Source: a virus (taxonomy: Duplodnaviria > Caudoviricetes). From it: 57,536 nucleotides of DNA. The stretch covers positions 1 to 57,536 of the IMG/VR virus record IMGVR_UViG_3300048999_000258; one strand, given 5' to 3'. Below, piece after piece: positions 54,431 through 57,536 of the stretch (the first letter of the stretch is position 1; each line of letters starts with the position of its first letter). The notes beneath the pieces were generated by a model. It saw only the letters and a program-made list of their open reading frames with translations. It was not told the origin of the DNA and ran no database searches. The position numbers were made by a program, and so were the translations under genes.

Positions 54431-55048
54431 TCACGACTCGAAAATCTTGCATAATTTGTCAAGGTCTCTCTTGCTTATGCGGCGGGGTTTGCTTGGACCA
54501 GTCTTAGATTTACCGTATTCAGAATGTCTGTCTAGCATCTGCGCTGTTGGATGCATGGCCCTCTGCAGCACTGGCTGAAATAGCATCGGGCACGATTTCA
54601 CATCTGGATTTTGCTTGCCAGCAAAAGTGATATTTTTGACAAACAATACCCAACGCCGATGCGGCGAGTTGAAATCTGAGATGCGCCATACCCCCTCGAT
54701 TGTGCACTCGCTCATCTGTCGTCCTTTCTGTCTGACATGATCCGCAACTGCACCAAATCCCATACATGCGCGCAGCACTCGACCGCCATTCGCTGTTCGC
54801 ACCTGTAGCGTGAGCAAAAACATGTCTGTGTGTCGCGCGGTTTTGCAGAATAGGCACGTTTTACATCGACCTTGTAGCCGTCCGAAATCACCTTCCTTGG
54901 GTTTTGGCGTGTCATCAATGAACGCCCTGATAGGGTACTTATCTGGCTCAGAAGGCAGAGGAGATAAAGGCTCAAGCTCTACTGCGTCATCCGCAATTTC
55001 CTCAGCTGTCTTGCGAATCCTAAACACTTTAGGCCCTGTGTAGCCCAT
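54431..55048 (-). CDS. Hypothetical protein with CxxCxxC motif
   Basis: 205-aa ORF, 9 nt after the upstream gene. Confidence 0.55.
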   Translation of the reverse strand: MGYTGPKVFRIRKTAEEIADDAVELEPLSPLPSEPDKYPIRAFIDDTPKPKEGDFGRLQGRCKTCLFCKTARHTDMFLLTLQVRTANGGRVLRACMGFGAVADHVRQKGRQMSECTIEGVWRISDFNSPHRRWVLFVKNITFAGKQNPDVKSCPMLFQPVLQRAMHPTAQMLDRHSEYGKSKTGPSKPRRISKRDLDKLCKIFES

Positions 55049-55057
55049 GGCGATTCC

Positions 55058-55873
55058 CTACTTTCCGAGAGTCTCAGCGTCTGCAAACATGCAGAGGTCG
55101 TTTTCAGGCTCTATCAAGGCCTGCGCCACCTCAGCGTCGCTTAATAAAGGCTTCAAATGGCCTTGGCGATTGTAAAAAAACCCGGACGGCACTTTTTGTA
55201 TGCGTCTGCCCAGCCGCCAGTGGGTACTTCCAGGCCTAGGGCCTGTCAGGCGGGCCCATTCTCCTAGGCTTCGCCTGCTAGAAGACTGGGTGATTACGCT
55301 TTTCTTAAGTGCGTGTAATTGCGGCGTAATTTCTCGGCGACGTGTTGCTCGGTGGCCACGTTTTTTAGCGCGATGCCGGCGCTGCGCCGACCTAAGCTGT
55401 GATAGGCGTGCCTGGTGGCGTGCCGCCGCTTCAGCTGTTGTTGGGTTGGCTTCGATGTAATGCTCAAAAGAAAAGGTGCTGGCATTGTTGAAGCAGGCTT
55501 TGCTTAGCGCCACCAAATCCAGCTCTTCCATCAACCGTAGATGTTTGCGGGCGGTGTAGGCTGACATGGACAGCTTCAGGTGCTGCATGATGGCCTTGCG
55601 AGAGCAGACGCTGCCAGTTTTTTGCGTGAACAAAAACGTGCCGCACAAATGCAGCGTTCGGTATAGCGCGCTGCGGGTAGCCGCATTGATGTCGGCGTTT
55701 TCTAGCTTGTCAATCGACGCCAGCGGTATAGCGAAGCAGTAAATTTGCTGTTTGCGCCCAGGATTGACTGCTCGGCGGTGCGTGTCAATGCGACTGGTGC
55801 GCATTGACGCAGGTTCCAAACGGCTGATTCCAGGAGCGTTTGCAGATGCGGGGATGAAAGATAATTTTTTCAC
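55058..55873 (-). CDS. Basic protein with possible winged-HTH
   Basis: SRKAIMQHLKLSMSAYTARKHLRLMEELDLV. Confidence 0.5.
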   Translation of the reverse strand: MKKLSFIPASANAPGISRLEPASMRTSRIDTHRRAVNPGRKQQIYCFAIPLASIDKLENADINAATRSALYRTLHLCGTFLFTQKTGSVCSRKAIMQHLKLSMSAYTARKHLRLMEELDLVALSKACFNNASTFSFEHYIEANPTTAEAAARHQARLSQLRSAQRRHRAKKRGHRATRRREITPQLHALKKSVITQSSSRRSLGEWARLTGPRPGSTHWRLGRRIQKVPSGFFYNRQGHLKPLLSDAEVAQALIEPENDLCMFADAETLGK

Positions 55874-55921
55874 GGAGCAAGCACCTTTTTGGGCTTGACC
55901 TCAGCTGATGTACGCTACAAT

Positions 55922-56078
55922 TAGGGCCTGTAGTCCGTCGGCCACACAAAGCGTTCTTGTCAGCTTCGGTTGTGCAATCCAGGAACGCCTACAGTGCGAT
56001 CAACACTGTGTGCGTCTGACGGAACTATTCCGCCAATGCCTCCGGTCCAGTTATGGGCCGGGGGCGGATTCAGTCCTA
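55922..56078 (+). ncRNA. Candidate structured ncRNA of unknown class
   Basis: Nested helices, cUUCGg tetraloop, G-U pairs that work only on the + strand, upstream TTGACC-15-TACAAT. Confidence 0.5.
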
Positions 56079-56268
56079 GACCCTTCCTGCATCGAAGATC
56101 AAACTATTTCTGATTTCGTGTCAAAAATAATCTCCCTACGCAAAAAGTTGATTGCCGCCAAATAGGCTGATATTGCCTGCATACCCGTCCTTGGGCTAGC
56201 AGGATCGCAGCAGTGCTTTTTGAGCGCAGCGAGAGAGTGCGGTCCTGCTATTTGCCCGGAGGCTTGCT

Positions 56269-57219
56269 GTGGACGTCACGCTGGTCCGCTTTTTAGAACG
56301 TCGGGCCGCCGCCCTGCGCATCCCGTACACGCCAGCCACGGCCCCTCAGGCGCTGCTCGAGATGGTGTCTGACGCAGAGCATCAAGACATCCGAGAGCGC
56401 GGGCCAGAGCAGATGCCAGGGTGCTTTGGCCAGATGTTTGCCGGACCCTACGACCCCGATTGCGACAGCTGCCAGGTGCAGACCGCCTGCATGGCTCGGC
56501 TGGCTTGGGTCAAAATGCCCGCCGTCGTGGCTGAAATCAGCACCGATGACCCGCCAAATGTGGCCTCAGCCATGGAGCTAGACCCCAAGGCGATCGTACT
56601 GGCGCAGACCTTCGCCGCCCAAGCTGCAGGGCGCGACACCGGCCTGTTCGAGGGCTACACGCTGCTCAAACCTCCGCCCAAGCCCAAGGTCATAGCGCTC
56701 AGCGATATCCCGAGGCCCTTTGCCCTGGCGGCGTACGCCTGCGTCGTAGGCAGCCGCGCTAAGCTCAAGGTGTGGGACCGTGACGTGCGGCAGACCCAGG
56801 CGGCGGCGGTCCCTAGGCTTTTGGCCTTCAGCAAAGCGGCCTACTTCAAGCCACCCGTCAAATCTAAGGCATGGCATGACCGCTACAGTAGAGAACGCAA
56901 CCGCAATCGGCTCTACGCATCTTTGCGGACAGGCATGGTGCTTAGGAAGGTCTACCATGGCGTGCTGCACGAGGTGCGCGTGGGCTGGCGGTGCTACGAA
57001 TACGAGGGCCAGCAATTTCCGACGCTGTACGCTGTCGTGCAGGCCATTGCCGGCTCTGTGGCATGCCAGCGCCCGCTAGATGAGCAAGGCCAGCGACCGA
57101 CCGGGGTGAAAAACACAGCCATGCACTCGCCAACCGTGTTCTTCCACCGGTGCTTTAGAGAACTGGTCCACAAGCTACCGCCCAAGCGCAAGCGGCGAAA
57201 AAAGAAGGCGGCGGCCTGA
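56269..57219 (+). CDS. Protein with N-terminal 4-Cys motif and C-terminal DUF2924-like domain
   Basis: GGAGG SD; CFG......DPDCDSCQVQTAC; GMVLRKVYHGVLHEVRV....YEYEGQQFPTL.AV..AIAG...FF. Confidence 0.7.
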   Translation: MDVTLVRFLERRAAALRIPYTPATAPQALLEMVSDAEHQDIRERGPEQMPGCFGQMFAGPYDPDCDSCQVQTACMARLAWVKMPAVVAEISTDDPPNVASAMELDPKAIVLAQTFAAQAAGRDTGLFEGYTLLKPPPKPKVIALSDIPRPFALAAYACVVGSRAKLKVWDRDVRQTQAAAVPRLLAFSKAAYFKPPVKSKAWHDRYSRERNRNRLYASLRTGMVLRKVYHGVLHEVRVGWRCYEYEGQQFPTLYAVVQAIAGSVACQRPLDEQGQRPTGVKNTAMHSPTVFFHRCFRELVHKLPPKRKRRKKKAAA

Positions 57220-57263
57220 TTAAGCTTGCCTTGTAATAAATCCTAGCATAAAAGTAAATCAGG

Positions 57264-57515
57264 ATGGTGCGCATGTATTTACAAGCAACGGCTGAGATTG
57301 TCACACGCGTGGTCGTGAGCGGCTACGTGACGGCAGGAGCAAGGGCGACAATGCTAGAGCCTGGCGAGGGCATCATCGTAGACGTAGAAGGTGTTTACGA
57401 ATTAGACGAAGACAGCAAGCCAAGCCGGTTGAATATTGCGTCTAACTTGACGGCGTCACAGATGGACCAGGTAGAGGCTGAACTGGTTGAGGCGTGGACG
57501 GCGGCAAACGAGTGA
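57264..57515 (+). CDS. Hypothetical acidic protein
   Basis: 83-aa protein-like ORF. Confidence 0.5.
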   Translation: MVRMYLQATAEIVTRVVVSGYVTAGARATMLEPGEGIIVDVEGVYELDEDSKPSRLNIASNLTASQMDQVEAELVEAWTAANE

Positions 57516-57536
57516 TTCAAAAAATGAGCAAGAAAA

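Noticed and set aside
56029-56081. Permuted tmRNA (TCCGCCA followed by GGGGCGGATTCAG)
   Set aside because: No T-arm (GTTCRA) before the CCA, and the acceptor stem does not pair as in tmRNA.
55908-56165. 85-aa ORF over the structured region
   Set aside because: No SD, the start lies inside the promoter candidate, and the dense base-pairing is better explained as RNA structure.
1-57536. CRISPR array, diversity-generating retroelement, retron, integrase/att site, tRNA
   Set aside because: No regularly spaced repeats, reverse-transcriptase motifs, recombinase or cloverleaf were recognised by eye. Short or degenerate cases could be missed.

Overview
The window is part of a large tailed phage or prophage with a contractile-tail baseplate and head genes resembling SPO1/Twort-like phages. 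The head module runs leftward on the - strand (22.3 to 3.9 kb): TerL, His-rich repeat protein, portal, three fibre-like genes, intein-containing MuF-like minor head protein, prohead protease, scaffold-like protein and major capsid. The tail module runs rightward on the + strand (34.1 to 48.4 kb): chaperone pair, tape measure, hub, spike, LysM/gp25 fusion, baseplate J, wedge and fibre. Between them is an accessory region with a divergent TerS-like gene, a very acidic disordered protein, two XRE paralogs, two adjacent IS200/IS605 tnpB elements, an S53 protease lipoprotein and a HAD protein. The left end has two toxin-antitoxin-like pairs and a free-standing HNH gene. The right end has replication-type genes, a truncated methylase and a gasdermin-like lipoprotein. 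No sheath, tube, neck, integrase, tRNA or CRISPR array was recognised. The most unusual items are: (1) a 406-aa intein whose interior is a triple-HTH gene on the opposite strand; (2) a lipoprotein with bacterial-gasdermin-like motifs; (3) a recurrent K-S/A processing motif across head proteins, including a His-rich polyprotein; (4) a ~157-nt structured ncRNA candidate; (5) a baseplate gene split by one amber codon, and a candidate +1 frameshift in the tail chaperone. All family assignments come from motif recognition by eye; no database search was run.
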